A stretch of 64,000 nt of DNA from Nitrospirales bacterium (GTDB taxonomy: Bacteria; Nitrospirota; Nitrospiria; Nitrospirales; UBA8639): the NCBI GenBank assembly GCA_963555755.3, contig OY820905.2, positions 2,176,001-2,240,000 of the forward strand, in the 5' to 3' direction. The translations under genes were made by a program, and so were the position numbers. Within the stretch, counting starts at the first letter, position 1, and each line of letters starts with the position of its first letter. Of the stretch, positions 30,938-42,008 are shown piece by piece. The notes under the pieces are model-generated. The model searched no databases. It was not told the origin of the DNA and saw nothing but the letters and a program-made list of their open reading frames with translations.

Positions 30938-31861
30938 CTACTCACGAATATCTTTCGCCCGGCGCTGGAAATATCCGGACCGAACAGCACCATACAAATC
31001 AACGGTTGATTCTTCAATCCCTTCAAATGTTTCGAGATTGAGAGACCGCTCATTCATCTTATCCTCGGCATTTATCCCAAGGTTGGGGAAAAACGGAATA
31101 ACATAATTTAAAGGATTCATCGCGATATCTCCGGCATACCCAACAGCATCACGAACCGTAAATGGCCGCATAAACGGCAGCACAAGAAAAGGACCGGATT
31201 CGAAGCCATAGACCGCCAGCGTCTGCCCTGCATCTTCAGCAGGGGGAGCTTCCGTATCAAACACATACTTCGCGACGTCAAACAGGCCGGCGACTCCGAT
31301 AGTGGAGTTGAGCAGAAACCGTTTCGTCTCAATTCCGGCACGTCCATACTTGCCCTGAAAAAGGCTGTTCAAAAATCGCGATATAAATCCCATGTTGTGA
31401 AAGACATTGGCAATGGACCCTTGAACATCAGGAGGAATAATCGCATTATAACCCTTGGCCGCGGGCTTAAGCAGATGCCGATCCATATTGTAGTTGAATT
31501 GGAACATTTCAGAATTAAACGACTCCCATGGATCTTGCACAACCGTTTGCGGTCCTTCATCAAACGGATCGTTGAACGAATCAATGGTGGAACCCTCCAC
31601 CACAGTTTCTGCCATCATCGGAATTCCATCGTCCCCCGTATAGGGAGTGCCCGAGGAATCAAAATATTGAAGATTGGAATCTAATCGAGGGCTAGGAGGT
31701 GCCGTGGGCTGGATATTCTGAGCATTGCCAACAGTATCTGTCTGAGCAAAAACCACTGGAGCCAATATCACCATTTGAATTGGGAAGGATACCCCCACCA
31801 TCAGAAGCACGACTCTCGATATAGAAAGGTGCTCCCAAAATGTCTGACGGAACGTGGCCAT
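30938..31861 (-). CDS. mlaA: MlaA/VacJ family lipid-asymmetry protein
   Basis: DPWESFN, RFLLNSTIGVAGLFDVA, EDAGQTL, GPFLVLP, DLYGAVRSGYFQRR; GAGGA RBS before 31861. Confidence 0.88.
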   Translation of the reverse strand: MATFRQTFWEHLSISRVVLLMVGVSFPIQMVILAPVVFAQTDTVGNAQNIQPTAPPSPRLDSNLQYFDSSGTPYTGDDGIPMMAETVVEGSTIDSFNDPFDEGPQTVVQDPWESFNSEMFQFNYNMDRHLLKPAAKGYNAIIPPDVQGSIANVFHNMGFISRFLNSLFQGKYGRAGIETKRFLLNSTIGVAGLFDVAKYVFDTEAPPAEDAGQTLAVYGFESGPFLVLPFMRPFTVRDAVGYAGDIAMNPLNYVIPFFPNLGINAEDKMNERSLNLETFEGIEESTVDLYGAVRSGYFQRRAKDIRE

Positions 31862-31981
31862 GAATTCCTCCCTGTACAACGAAAAAGTTGATCCATCCCG
31901 GATCGTGGCAGACTGACACCGCCGATTGACTGGTGCACTGTACCAAAAACAGAATTGTCTGGCTACTGTGTAGAATAGTAA

Positions 31982-32138
31982 GGGTTCGCGCAAGAATAAC
32001 TTCACATTTGGGGGTGTTGAGACGCCTGTCTGGCAAGGCGCGAGGACTGCGCATACTCCTCGTATGGAAGGGACGAGCAACGCCGCCAGACGGGATGGAT
32101 CGACGCCCAAAGATGTGAAGTTATTCTTGCGCGAACCC
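31982..32138. mobile_element. MITE-like repeat family D
   Basis: TIR gggttcgcgcaagaataacttcacat; TAA flanks; partial second copy from 63939. Confidence 0.85.
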
Positions 32139-32162
32139 TAAGGAGGGAGGAGTGGAAATCCG

Positions 32163-32372
32163 CTATTCGGAGCTTCCGAGCATATCATCCACCAAGGGCC
32201 GGTTGAGATCCTCGCAACCTGGGCAAATGGTATCAAAGAGAGCTTCGTGGTCTTCCACGTAATTCTTGTCATCCACTAATTTTTCTTCGAGAACCTCTTG
32301 GTAACATGACTCACACAACATCATGGGGCCTCGCATCAACGAAACAGTTTTCCGACCTTGACTTCCTGCCAT
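32163..32372 (-). CDS. Small CxxC...CxxC protein
   Basis: CESC and CPGC; GAGG RBS. Confidence 0.7.
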   Translation of the reverse strand: MAGSQGRKTVSLMRGPMMLCESCYQEVLEEKLVDDKNYVEDHEALFDTICPGCEDLNRPLVDDMLGSSE

Positions 32373-32445
32373 ACAACACCTCTAAAAATGGGTAACGAGT
32401 GATGGATAAAGGGTAATAGCTCCTAGGCTTCACGCATTTACCAGC

Positions 32446-32640
32446 TTATGACCACCCCCGCTGTTGGGCAAGCATAAAATCTTCGGTTTCCAGATCAATC
32501 CCACAGTCTGGACATTCATATGGTTGATCAGGGGGAGGAACTGACAATGCGGAACTCTGGATACGACCCTGGCAAACGTGGTAATAATGGCCTCCGGATT
32601 CCTCGGAATCCAAGGGTTCGTTTTCGTATTTTAAGATCAT
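32446..32640 (-). CDS. Small zinc-ribbon-like protein
   Basis: HVC...CPDCG; GAGGG RBS. Confidence 0.65.
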   Translation of the reverse strand: MILKYENEPLDSEESGGHYYHVCQGRIQSSALSVPPPDQPYECPDCGIDLETEDFMLAQQRGWS

Positions 32641-32692
32641 AGGACATTCCCTCTGTAAAGATTAGACCCCGTTATAACAGGGCAAGGAAATC

Positions 32693-34021
32693 GTGCGCAA
32701 TTCCGTGATGCCAGCCCCCTTCACACAAACCGGTACGACGACAAGAGTTTCCCATACCAACACATGTCGCAACTTATTGATTTCACAATGTTTTTTATTC
32801 ACCAATCGACGATTTATTGACACAGCGTTGGCCCTGTTACTCATTTGGTCCCCATCCATTTCGGCTTTCGCCCTAGCGAAACCACCACCCAAAGCCAACA
32901 TTTCACTTTTTCCTCTCGTGACCAAAGGTCTTGAACAACCTGTGTTTGTAACTCACTCAGGAGATCAGGGGCAACGACTGTTTATTGTGGAACAGGCCGG
33001 TCGAATTCGTATCCTGGAAAAGGGGAGACTTCTTCCCACCCCATTTTTAGACATCACCGACCGCGTCAACTTTGGTGGAGAGCAAGGGCTTCTCGGATTG
33101 GCGTTTCACCCACAATTTTCGAACAATGGCCGTTTTTTTGTGAACTACTCGCGGGCAACCGATGGAGCAACGGTGATCTCGGAGTTTCAGGTATCTGACA
33201 CGATCAATCTTGCACAACCCGCGGAAAAAATTCTCCTGGTCATTTCCCAGCCGTACGGTAACCACAATGGCGGGATGATCGCGTTTGGACCTGATGGATT
33301 CCTCTATATGGCCACCGGCGATGGCGGAGCCCGTGGAGATCCGGGTAATCGCGGGCAAAATCAAACAGAACTTCTGGGAAAAATTCTTCGGATCGATATC
33401 GACCATGGAGCCTCCTATTCCATACCAAAGGACAACCCCTTTGCGACGCAACAACACGGCCAAGAAATTTTTGCGTTTGGCTTTCGCAACCCATGGCGAT
33501 TTTCTTTTGACAACACCACCGGGGAGCTTTGGGCGGCGGACGTCGGACAGAATCGGTGGGAAGAAATTGACCGTGTGGAAAAGGGAAAAAACTACGGATG
33601 GCGGATCATGGAGGGGATGCATTGCTTCAAGCCTTCGACAGATTGCCCCCAAGTCGGCTTGACCCTGCCTATCGCGGAATATGCTAATGAATCCGGACGA
33701 TGCTCCATTACTGGCGGCTATGTATATCGAGGCCAGCAAATTCCTCACCTACAGGGTACCTATATTTTCGGCGATTACTGTAGCGGGGAAGTCATGGGAC
33801 TGGTGAATAATCGAGTCACCGTCTTTCTTTCGACGGGATTACGAATTGCGTCGTTTGGGGAAGATGCAACCGGAGAACTGTACGTCGTTGACCACGGAGG
33901 AGGGGTGTATCGGATTACGGGACCACTGGCAGCGAAGTTGGGGCAGGCCCAGTCAAGCCACAGGAGATCTGAATTACCCAAGACCACGCACGGAAGTGAG
34001 GAGCGCGACCTTTTTAAATAA
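32693..34021 (+). CDS. PQQ-dependent glucose/sorbosone dehydrogenase family protein (true start probably downstream)
   Basis: [51 protein letters not shown]. Confidence 0.92.
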   Translation: MRNSVMPAPFTQTGTTTRVSHTNTCRNLLISQCFLFTNRRFIDTALALLLIWSPSISAFALAKPPPKANISLFPLVTKGLEQPVFVTHSGDQGQRLFIVEQAGRIRILEKGRLLPTPFLDITDRVNFGGEQGLLGLAFHPQFSNNGRFFVNYSRATDGATVISEFQVSDTINLAQPAEKILLVISQPYGNHNGGMIAFGPDGFLYMATGDGGARGDPGNRGQNQTELLGKILRIDIDHGASYSIPKDNPFATQQHGQEIFAFGFRNPWRFSFDNTTGELWAADVGQNRWEEIDRVEKGKNYGWRIMEGMHCFKPSTDCPQVGLTLPIAEYANESGRCSITGGYVYRGQQIPHLQGTYIFGDYCSGEVMGLVNNRVTVFLSTGLRIASFGEDATGELYVVDHGGGVYRITGPLAAKLGQAQSSHRRSELPKTTHGSEERDLFK

Positions 34022-35023
34022 CTCAATCTCATCCAAGACTTTCCCCACCCCCAAGACCACCGAGGTGAGAGGATCATCAACCGTGATAATCGGCAAATTG
34101 GTTTCTTCTTGAAACCTCGTAGCCAATCCCGGAAGCATGGACCCGCCCCCGGTCAGGACAACTCCACGATCAATAATATCTCCTGCTAATTCCGGTGGGG
34201 TCTTTTCCAAAGACGTTCGAAGCGCATTGATAATCGCATGAATCGGTTCTTCTAACGCCTCGCGAATTTCCGCATCGTTGACGACCACGGTTCGCGGGAT
34301 ACCAGAAATCATGTCGCGGCCTTTGACCATCATCGTTTTTTGTTCTTCGAGCGGATAGGCCGATCCCACCTCCATTTTGACTTTTTCAGACATGTGTTCG
34401 CCGATGAGTAAATTATATCGGCGTTTGACATAGCTCATGATGGCCTCATCCATCTGGTCGCCAGCGACTTTCACGGATTCGCTACAAACAATGCCACCCA
34501 AGGAAATAACCGCGATATCGGTCGTTCCTCCTCCGATATCGACCACCATATTGCCAGATGGTTCGGTAATCGGCAGTCCAGCACCAATCGCCGCGGCCAC
34601 AGGCTCTTCAATCAAATAGACTTCACGAGCACCTGCATGCGTCGCGGATTCTCGCACGGCTCGCTGTTCAACTTCGGTGATACGTGAGGGAACACCAATG
34701 ATGCATCGTGGCCGCACAAACGAATTGCGATTGTGCGCTTTGGTAATAAAATACTTGAGCATCTTCTCCGTCATCCCAAAGTCGGCAATCACCCCCTCCT
34801 TAATTGGGCGAATGGCGACAATGTTGCCCGGTGTTCGGCCAACCATGCGCTTGGCTTCCACCCCAACGGCTAAGACCGTATTTGACTGCGTTTCAATGGC
34901 AACGACCGACGGCTCATTCAAAACGATACCATGCCCACGGACATACACGAGTGTCGTCGCCGTTCCAAGATCAATGGCCAAATCACTCGAAAACCAGCCT
35001 AACAGGTCACCGGCAAAACCCAC
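33974..35023 (-). CDS. mreB: Rod shape-determining protein MreB
   Basis: [39 protein letters not shown]. Confidence 0.97.
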   Translation of the reverse strand: MGFAGDLLGWFSSDLAIDLGTATTLVYVRGHGIVLNEPSVVAIETQSNTVLAVGVEAKRMVGRTPGNIVAIRPIKEGVIADFGMTEKMLKYFITKAHNRNSFVRPRCIIGVPSRITEVEQRAVRESATHAGAREVYLIEEPVAAAIGAGLPITEPSGNMVVDIGGGTTDIAVISLGGIVCSESVKVAGDQMDEAIMSYVKRRYNLLIGEHMSEKVKMEVGSAYPLEEQKTMMVKGRDMISGIPRTVVVNDAEIREALEEPIHAIINALRTSLEKTPPELAGDIIDRGVVLTGGGSMLPGLATRFQEETNLPIITVDDPLTSVVLGVGKVLDEIELFKKVALLTSVRGLG

Positions 35024-35320
35024 GTGTGCTCCTTATAAAAATTGAGTGAGTCCTTCGCGTCAACATGAGAGTCGGGGAAACACAGCCACGAAAATGGCCC
35101 CACCCTTTCTCTCATACCTCCAGCTATCATGAATCCCATTCTCCCCGAAATGACGATTAAGTCAAGGATGAAATTACAATACCAATTGATTTGGCGCTTC
35201 CCCTTCCTAGCCGGGATATACGAATAGAAGCATTCTCAATCCGACCTTTCCTATAAATCAACCATAAAGAATTCGGGTTCCGGTTGACGGAATCGTCATA
35301 TCCTGATATTCCCCATACGC

Positions 35321-36760
35321 GTGAATAAAAAAACCGTGTTTTACCTGGTAGCGCTCGCTATCGTCACTGCCTACATTGTCCTTGTCGCCTCCATTCGTTG
35401 GGGTGACGATGCCCCTCCACGCATTTCCCTTGCACAGCCCTTCACGCAGGTTGGACCCACCACCCCTCTGTCCATTCGTATTGAAGATGAGGGTACCGGG
35501 CTTCAAGAGATTTCAGTCCGCCTGGTCCAAAACCTCGAGACGTACACTTTGGCCGAAGAACGCTTCCCCTCACACGGTGCAATCTCTTTAGAAGGCGGGA
35601 CACAACACCTCTATGAGCTTGACCTCATCCCTTTTGGGGACGACACCATCCCCAAACGCCGAGGGCCTGCCACGTTGATCATCTCGGCCCGAGACTTTTC
35701 CTGGCGTGGGTTTTTCGAAGGAAACTGGACACGTTTCAGTCAAGAATTCACTGTCAAATTCACTCCACCTCGATTGGAAACGTTATCCACGCCGTTGCCC
35801 ATTACCCAAGGAGGAACCAGTGTAATTTTCTACCGGACCTCCGACGATGCCAAACATTTTGGTGTTCAAATCGGCGAAGCTTTTTTCCCTGGCTACCCCA
35901 CACCTAACGAAAACCATAGTTATTTTTCCTTGATCGCCTTTCCTCACGACCTCTCAGCGAAAACACCCGTTCAGCTTGTCGCGGATGACGGGCTCGGCAA
36001 TAAGGCCGTCGAAACAGTGGACATCAAAGTCCTTCGAAAAAAATGGCGCGCACGAAATATTACAATCACGGACCGATTTATCACACGAATTGTGCGTCCC
36101 ATTATCGGACACACTGCAGGACTCGAAGACCAAGGCGATCCTCTCCGAAACTTTCTTGCCGTCAACCATGATTTGCGAGAAACCAATTCCAAGCAACTCA
36201 AGGACCTGGGGTCGACCAGCCAGTCCAAGTTCATGTGGGAAGGGGCCTTCGTCCAACTATCCAATTCCCAAGTGGAAGCGTTCTTTGCCGATCACCGCGA
36301 ATATGTCTATTCCGGAAAGGTCGTTGATACCCAGTATCATCTCGGGTTCGATCTCGCGGTCACCAAACACTACCCCGTCGAAGCGGCCAATAGTGGCGTG
36401 GTCGTCCTCGCAGAATACTTTGGAATTTATGGCAATACCATCGTGATCGACCACGGGTATGGGCTGCAATCGTTGTATGCTCATTTGTCGTCGTTTGCAG
36501 CCAAAAAGGGAGACTATGTGCGCAAAGGGCAAATGATTGCGAAATCAGGGATGACGGGTTTGGCTGGCGGAGATCATTTACACTTTAGTGTGCTGGTACA
36601 TGGGGTTCAGGTCAATCCGGTTGAATGGTGGGATCCGGATTGGGTGGAATCGCGCATCAGCGACCGACTTCGAAAAAATGAACCAGTCGATCCTGCGAGC
36701 CTACTCCCAGGGCAATTTCCTCCGCCGCCGTTTCCCTATGCTCCCCCACCCAAGTTCTAA
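35321..36760 (+). CDS. M23 family metallopeptidase, membrane anchored
   Basis: HLGFD, YGNTIVIDHG, SLYAHL, GDHLHF. Confidence 0.93.
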   Translation: MNKKTVFYLVALAIVTAYIVLVASIRWGDDAPPRISLAQPFTQVGPTTPLSIRIEDEGTGLQEISVRLVQNLETYTLAEERFPSHGAISLEGGTQHLYELDLIPFGDDTIPKRRGPATLIISARDFSWRGFFEGNWTRFSQEFTVKFTPPRLETLSTPLPITQGGTSVIFYRTSDDAKHFGVQIGEAFFPGYPTPNENHSYFSLIAFPHDLSAKTPVQLVADDGLGNKAVETVDIKVLRKKWRARNITITDRFITRIVRPIIGHTAGLEDQGDPLRNFLAVNHDLRETNSKQLKDLGSTSQSKFMWEGAFVQLSNSQVEAFFADHREYVYSGKVVDTQYHLGFDLAVTKHYPVEAANSGVVVLAEYFGIYGNTIVIDHGYGLQSLYAHLSSFAAKKGDYVRKGQMIAKSGMTGLAGGDHLHFSVLVHGVQVNPVEWWDPDWVESRISDRLRKNEPVDPASLLPGQFPPPPFPYAPPPKF

Positions 36761-36884
36761 GCAGGATGTTGCAAAAGTCCGCCAGCGGCGTTCTCGGCCC
36801 TTTGTCGTGCTCACGTACTGACGTACGCTCCGCGCGGCAAAGCGCCTGCGGCCTTGCTGGACGGGCCTTTTTCAACATCCTGCT
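36760..36884. mobile_element. MITE-like repeat family E
   Basis: TIR agcaggatgttg/caacatcctgct; related units at 23308, 23635 and 62029, fragment at ~11210. Confidence 0.8.
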
Positions 36885-36942
36885 CGGCATTTAATCGTCT
36901 AGGATTTTTCAAATAGGATGAACAACTTCTAAGATTTTTTTA

Positions 36943-39378
36943 ATGGCACGATCCAAATCACGCACTCCTACTAATGGGAATACCGTTCGAGAGCACGTCA
37001 CCACGGTGCCGCTCGAGGAAACGACCCGGCAGCGGTATCTGAACTACGCGTTGTCCGTGATTACCTCTCGTGCCTTGCCTGATGTGCGGGACGGTCTTAA
37101 GCCCGTGCAACGGCGCATTTTGTTTTCAATGTTTCACAACCACCGGTTGACACCCGACCGCCCGCCCATCAAAAGCGCGAAAGTTGTGGGATCGGTGATT
37201 GGTGAATGGCATCCCCACGGCGATTCCGCGGTCTACGATGCCATGGCCCGAATGGCGCAATGGTGGTCCCTCCGAGCCCCTCTTGTTGATGGCCATGGCA
37301 ACTTCGGGAGCCTCGATGGCGACCGGCCCGCAGCCTATCGGTATACCGAAGTCAAACTCACGCCCATTGCAGTAGAGCTCCTCACCGAATTGAATAAAGA
37401 CACCGTCGATTTTCAGCCCAATTACGATGGCAAAGACAAAGAGCCAACGATACTGCCCGCGCGATTCCCAAACTTATTAGTCAATGGATCCACTGGCATT
37501 GCCGTGGGCATGGCCACGAACATTCCGCCGCATAATCTGAGCGAAGTGATCGAAGCCGCCATTGCCCTGATCAACGACCGCACGGCCACAGTGTCCGATC
37601 TCATGAAATCGATCAAAGGACCAGATTTCTCCACTGGCGGGGAAATACTGAACAACCGAGCCGAGCTGCGAGAAATTTATGAAACCGGCCAAGGATCGGT
37701 TCGCTTGCGCGGGGAATTTACGGTACTCCAACAATCATCTGGCCCATCAGAAATTTTGATCACCTCAATACCCTTTGCCGTGGACAAAGCCACGATTGTG
37801 GAACGCATTGGCGAACTCATCGGGGCCAGAAAGGTACCACAGTTAGTCGATGTCCGGGATGACTCTACCACCGATGTCCAAATTGTATTGGAGCTTCAGA
37901 AGGATGCCGATCCCAACCTGGCCATGGCCTATCTGTTTAAAAACACACCACTCCAAAATAATTTTTCCGTCAATCTCACGTGTCTCATTCCCACAACCGG
38001 CGCCGCCACGTCACGACCGCAATGCCTGAACCTCAAAGACATACTCGAACAGTTTATCGACTTTCGCTTTGAAACCGTCAAACGCCGCTTTTCCTATGAC
38101 CTGAGAATCTTAGAACAACGCATTCACATTCTGGCGGGTTTCAAAACCATTTTCGATGCACTCGACCAGGTGCTCAAAATAGTCAGGCAAAGTGATGGCA
38201 AGACCGACTCTGCTGAAAAACTGAAACACCGTTTTCAACTCGACGACCTCCAAACCAACGCGATTTTAGAAACACCGATCTATAAGCTCTCTCGCACCGA
38301 AATCAAAAAGATGCTCGATGAGCTGGCCGACAAAAAGAAGCAAGCCAAGGACCTACAAGTCCTCCTCGCTTCAAAAACAAAATTATGGAATACCGTGAAG
38401 AAAGAGCTCCAAGACATCGCCAAGACGTTCGGAGACAAACGCCGAACCAAAGTCGGTCGTCGCCAAACCGAAGAAATTGAATTCGATCCTGATGCCTATA
38501 TCGTCAAAGAAGACGCGGTCATCACCGTGTCCACCGATGGATGGATTCGCCGCGTCGGCATGGTCAAGGACTTGTCGAAAACCCGGCTACGAGAAGGCGA
38601 CAACCTGCTCACCGCCATGATCGCCAGCACTATCGACACCGTCGTGTTCTTCTCCAACTTCGGCAGCGCCTACACCATTCGCATAGGCGACATTCCAGCA
38701 GCTCGAAGTGGATACGGAGACCCCGCGCAAAAATTGTTCAAATTTAAAGATGGCGAACGCATTATCGCGGGGCTGAGCCTAGACCCAAGATTCTACGCTG
38801 TGCCACCAGAACCCAAGAAAAAAATAGCCCACGTGCTCCCGCTATTCGATGGACTCACAGCAGGAGGACACGAACCCGTCTCTTTGGGACAAGTCATGGC
38901 CGTGTCATCGGCTGGAATGGGAGTGCGCTTCGACCTAGTCTCCTTCAAAGAACCCTCAACTCGACTGGGCCGGAAATTCATGAAGGTTCGAGAAGGTGAA
39001 GAAGTCGTCACTATTGAAGCGTTGAGCTTCTCTTCAAAAACGCCCATCCTCGCAGTCGCCACTCAACGCGGCCGCGTGTTGCTCTGCAAGGCTGAAGAAG
39101 TTGGGGTTCTCTCCGGACCTGGGCGAGGCGTCACCGTGATAAAACTGGATTCAGCGGATCGTCTGTTAGCGGCTCGCCTGCTCTATCAAAAAGATGATCA
39201 ATTGGTGGCATTCAAACAAGAAGGCAGCAAATTGCCCATCACCATCCGAAGATACCAAACCGTTGGTCGCGGTGGTAAAGGCCATGCAATGTTTAAACGC
39301 GGTAGCCTCAAAGGCGTGCTAACCCCACCCGTCGAACTTCCCGTCCTCGATTCAGAAAATTCCAAAAACGGCAATTGA
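36943..39378 (+). CDS. parC: Type IIA topoisomerase subunit A (probably topoisomerase IV ParC)
   Basis: YLNYALSVI, RALPDVRDGLKPVQRR, HPHGD, catalytic AAYRYTE; no clear GyrA box at the start of the CTD. Confidence 0.8.
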   Translation: MARSKSRTPTNGNTVREHVTTVPLEETTRQRYLNYALSVITSRALPDVRDGLKPVQRRILFSMFHNHRLTPDRPPIKSAKVVGSVIGEWHPHGDSAVYDAMARMAQWWSLRAPLVDGHGNFGSLDGDRPAAYRYTEVKLTPIAVELLTELNKDTVDFQPNYDGKDKEPTILPARFPNLLVNGSTGIAVGMATNIPPHNLSEVIEAAIALINDRTATVSDLMKSIKGPDFSTGGEILNNRAELREIYETGQGSVRLRGEFTVLQQSSGPSEILITSIPFAVDKATIVERIGELIGARKVPQLVDVRDDSTTDVQIVLELQKDADPNLAMAYLFKNTPLQNNFSVNLTCLIPTTGAATSRPQCLNLKDILEQFIDFRFETVKRRFSYDLRILEQRIHILAGFKTIFDALDQVLKIVRQSDGKTDSAEKLKHRFQLDDLQTNAILETPIYKLSRTEIKKMLDELADKKKQAKDLQVLLASKTKLWNTVKKELQDIAKTFGDKRRTKVGRRQTEEIEFDPDAYIVKEDAVITVSTDGWIRRVGMVKDLSKTRLREGDNLLTAMIASTIDTVVFFSNFGSAYTIRIGDIPAARSGYGDPAQKLFKFKDGERIIAGLSLDPRFYAVPPEPKKKIAHVLPLFDGLTAGGHEPVSLGQVMAVSSAGMGVRFDLVSFKEPSTRLGRKFMKVREGEEVVTIEALSFSSKTPILAVATQRGRVLLCKAEEVGVLSGPGRGVTVIKLDSADRLLAARLLYQKDDQLVAFKQEGSKLPITIRRYQTVGRGGKGHAMFKRGSLKGVLTPPVELPVLDSENSKNGN

Positions 39379-39383
39379 GCTTA

Positions 39384-39563
39384 GGACCTGCGAGAAAATA
39401 ACTTGAACAATCTCGCATCCAATCTTCGGGCCATCTTTGAACGAGCCTCAATCGAAAAACCCTCAACATCGCTGTGCTATGCCTCAAGTTTTTCTCGATC
39501 GTTCCGTCCAAATCCGACCCAAATCTTGGCGCGATATTGATCAAGTTATTTTCTCGCAGGTCC
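39384..39563. mobile_element. MITE-like repeat family A, copy 3 (inverted)
   Basis: TTA-flanked; TIR ggacctgcgagaaaataacttga. Confidence 0.85.
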
Positions 39564-39587
39564 TTAGGCCTGCTACAACTCAACCCC

Positions 39588-39818
39588 GTCATTCCCGATA
39601 TTTTTAATCGGGAATCCAGGTTTGTCCTTCTGTCATGTCGACCCCTGGGAGAAATCTGTAGTTCGGCCACCTATGAGATTTCTTGCTCTGCTCGAAATGA
39701 CAAAAGAAAAGCGTTGGGCGTGGCGGAGCCGGAGTCCAGAATCGACTTTTCGGCGAGGGCTGTTTGAGCCCTTCGACAAGACTCAGAATAGACTCCGCGA
39801 GTTCCCGAGCCATCTTGA
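39588..39818. repeat. GTCA-tagged REP arms plus host-repeat fragment
   Basis: gtcattcccgat...atcgggaatcc; tgtcatgtcgacccctgggagaaatct...gagatttct...cgaaatgaca. Confidence 0.7.
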
Positions 39819-40036
39819 CCTGTCCTTGTATGATTCAAAGAAGGGTTGTGGCCCAAACCCCATGAGCCGCCTTTTGACTGAAGAGCGGGTAGCGAACGAG
39901 GGCAAAGACAACGAGGTTCCACCAATTCTTTTGATATTTGGGATTGACGGCTGCACACATGACGGCCATGCCGTCAATGTTGTTGAAAAACTTCCACACG
40001 GTGAGATAGTTCACGACCCCGCCTATGCAGGTACCT

Positions 40037-40177
40037 GGGTACCTCTAAAAACCAGGCATTTTATGTGAGGGCAAGGAAGCCGCGCGCGGAAAACCGGAAT
40101 GTATGGGCGAATACATGAGGATTTGAGCACGCGGCTGACGTCGCCATCACGGAAAAGGACGGTTTTTAGAGGTGCCC
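40037..40177. mobile_element. MITE-like repeat family B
   Basis: 141 bp, near-identical to the other B copies. Confidence 0.85.
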
Positions 40178-40310
40178 TTATAGTAGTGTCCGATGCCGTA
40201 TGCCACCTGGGTCCAGCCTTTCTCGGTAGGACTTCCCTTCGTCACCCGAAAAAAGGAAGGTCCACTAGCCGTGGCCAAGTGAGCCTTCCACAGGAGAGGA
40301 TGCAACATAA

Positions 40311-40451
40311 GGGCACCTCTAAAAACCAGGCATTTTTTGTGAGGGCAAGGAAGCCGCGCGCGGAAAACCGGAGTGTATGGGCGAATACATGAGGATTTGA
40401 GCACGCGGCTAACGCCGCCATCACGGAAAAGGACGGTTTTTAGAGGTGCCC
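40311..40451. mobile_element. MITE-like repeat family B
   Basis: 141 bp; ATAA duplication. Confidence 0.88.
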
Positions 40452-40566
40452 ATAAGGTTACTGTCCCATAGAACCGCTGACAGATCGATACGCCATTTAT
40501 CGCATAGCGCGACGGCCCGTTCCATGAGATTCTGCCAATTACTACGAAGAAAGGAGGTCAAGGTAA

Positions 40567-40749
40567 ATGAAAGCAGAAACGACGGTCAAAATTAAAGCCT
40601 TGCCAGAATGTATCCGATGCCAAGGCTCGTTAGTCTTGGATCGTGAGCAGGATTTGATCACCGGTTTAACTCTCACCGTGCTGTTGTGTATCAACTGCGG
40701 TTGTCGAACCCCAATAATGAAAAATCCCCTACCGCTCTATCAAAATTAA
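40567..40749 (+). CDS. Small zinc-ribbon protein
   Basis: CIRC...CINCG; AAGGAGG upstream. Confidence 0.65.
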   Translation: MKAETTVKIKALPECIRCQGSLVLDREQDLITGLTLTVLLCINCGCRTPIMKNPLPLYQN

Positions 40750-41103
40750 ATGCCCAGGGGAAGACTCTATTGTGCAAAAGGAGTCTTCGGTCTATCGATC
40801 CAGGTTCGTCTTTCTCATTGAAAAAAATTGGGGGAGATCTCAACGAGGCTTTCCTCGATCCCAAATACACAACTGCTACTATGAGGGGATGAGCTTGGGG
40901 TGAGTGGGTGAACGATTATCGAACTTTTCTTCAAGCTCAACCTGATCTCTCAGGGATCGAGTTACTAGCCGCATAATAACCGAAGGTATTGTCAACTTAA
41001 GCCAGATGGGCTGACTGAACGTGTGAAGCGCACAGCGTAATCCCTGATAAATCAATGAATTATCTCAAGACGAATTGTGTGCTTAGGGCGGAATTTTCGT
41101 TAA

Positions 41104-41244
41104 GGGCACCTCTAAAAACCAGGCATTTTTTGTGAGGGCAAGGAAGCCACGCGCGGAAAACCGGAGTGTATGGGCGAATACATGAGGATTTGAGCACGCG
41201 GCTGACGCCGCCATCACGGAAAAGGACGGTTTTTAGAGGTGCCC
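41104..41244. mobile_element. MITE-like repeat family B
   Basis: 141 bp; TTAA duplication. Confidence 0.88.
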
Positions 41245-41264
41245 TTAAGTTGATAATACCCCTG

Positions 41265-41811
41265 CTAGGGTCTACTGATGCTCTTGAAAATGGCCGGCCG
41301 CTCGGAACCCTTTATCGATAGAACGCCCACCGCGCCTTTCGCCACATTAAAAATGGCGTTGTCAATGAGGAGTACCTGTCCAGGGGCATCGACTTTGAAT
41401 TCCGCAATGGCCGTTCCACCAACCGGAACGAGGATAGTCGCCACATTGCGATGGATGGTTCCATTGACATAGACCCTGTCGAATATCTCACCCAGGATGT
41501 GGAACGAGGATGGCCGGCTTGGCCCCATATTTCCAAAATAGAGCCTCACGGTTTCCCCCACATTGGCGGTGAGAGCTCGCTCACCCGTAAGCGCCCATTT
41601 CTCCCCGTTAAACACAACGTAGTCCGGCTGCCCGACCATTCCTTTTTGGATATACAACTCGAATTCACCTTCAATTTGAGTTGGTTTGATAAAGAATTCA
41701 CTCTGGACCACGAAATACTCTCTATCCACTTTGGACAAGCCTTTGGAAGGTTCAACCAAAATCAAGCCATACATGCCATTGGCCACGTGGGCCGGAATTC
41801 CAGGAATGGGT
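41265..41811 (-). pseudogene. nirK: C-terminal half of copper nitrite reductase, 5'-truncated
   Basis: AHVANGMYGLILVEP, VDREY, YVVFNG, GETVRLYFGN, SSFHILGEIFD; frame ends at the stuttered end of element G. Confidence 0.85.
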
Positions 41812-41839
41812 GAAAAGAAAAGGGGTCAAAAAGGAAAAG

Positions 41840-41985
41840 AAAAGGGGTCAAATCTTTGGTTGAGAGTTTCGCTTCAAACTCCTCGCCGCTCTTGCATCCA
41901 CTGCTTTTTTCTGGGAGCGCCATCTTCTCTTCCGAGCAGGGGGCGTAATCTAAAGTTTTAGTCAACCAAAGATTTGACCCCTTTT
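41840..41985. mobile_element. Miniature element family G (146 bp, 24-bp TIR aaaaggggtcaaatctttggttga)
   Basis: Perfect TIRs; stuttered partial ends at 41812-41839 and 41986-41996; more copies at 50058-50485. Confidence 0.85.
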
Positions 41986-42008
41986 TGACCCCTTTTAAAA
42001 GAAAAGAA

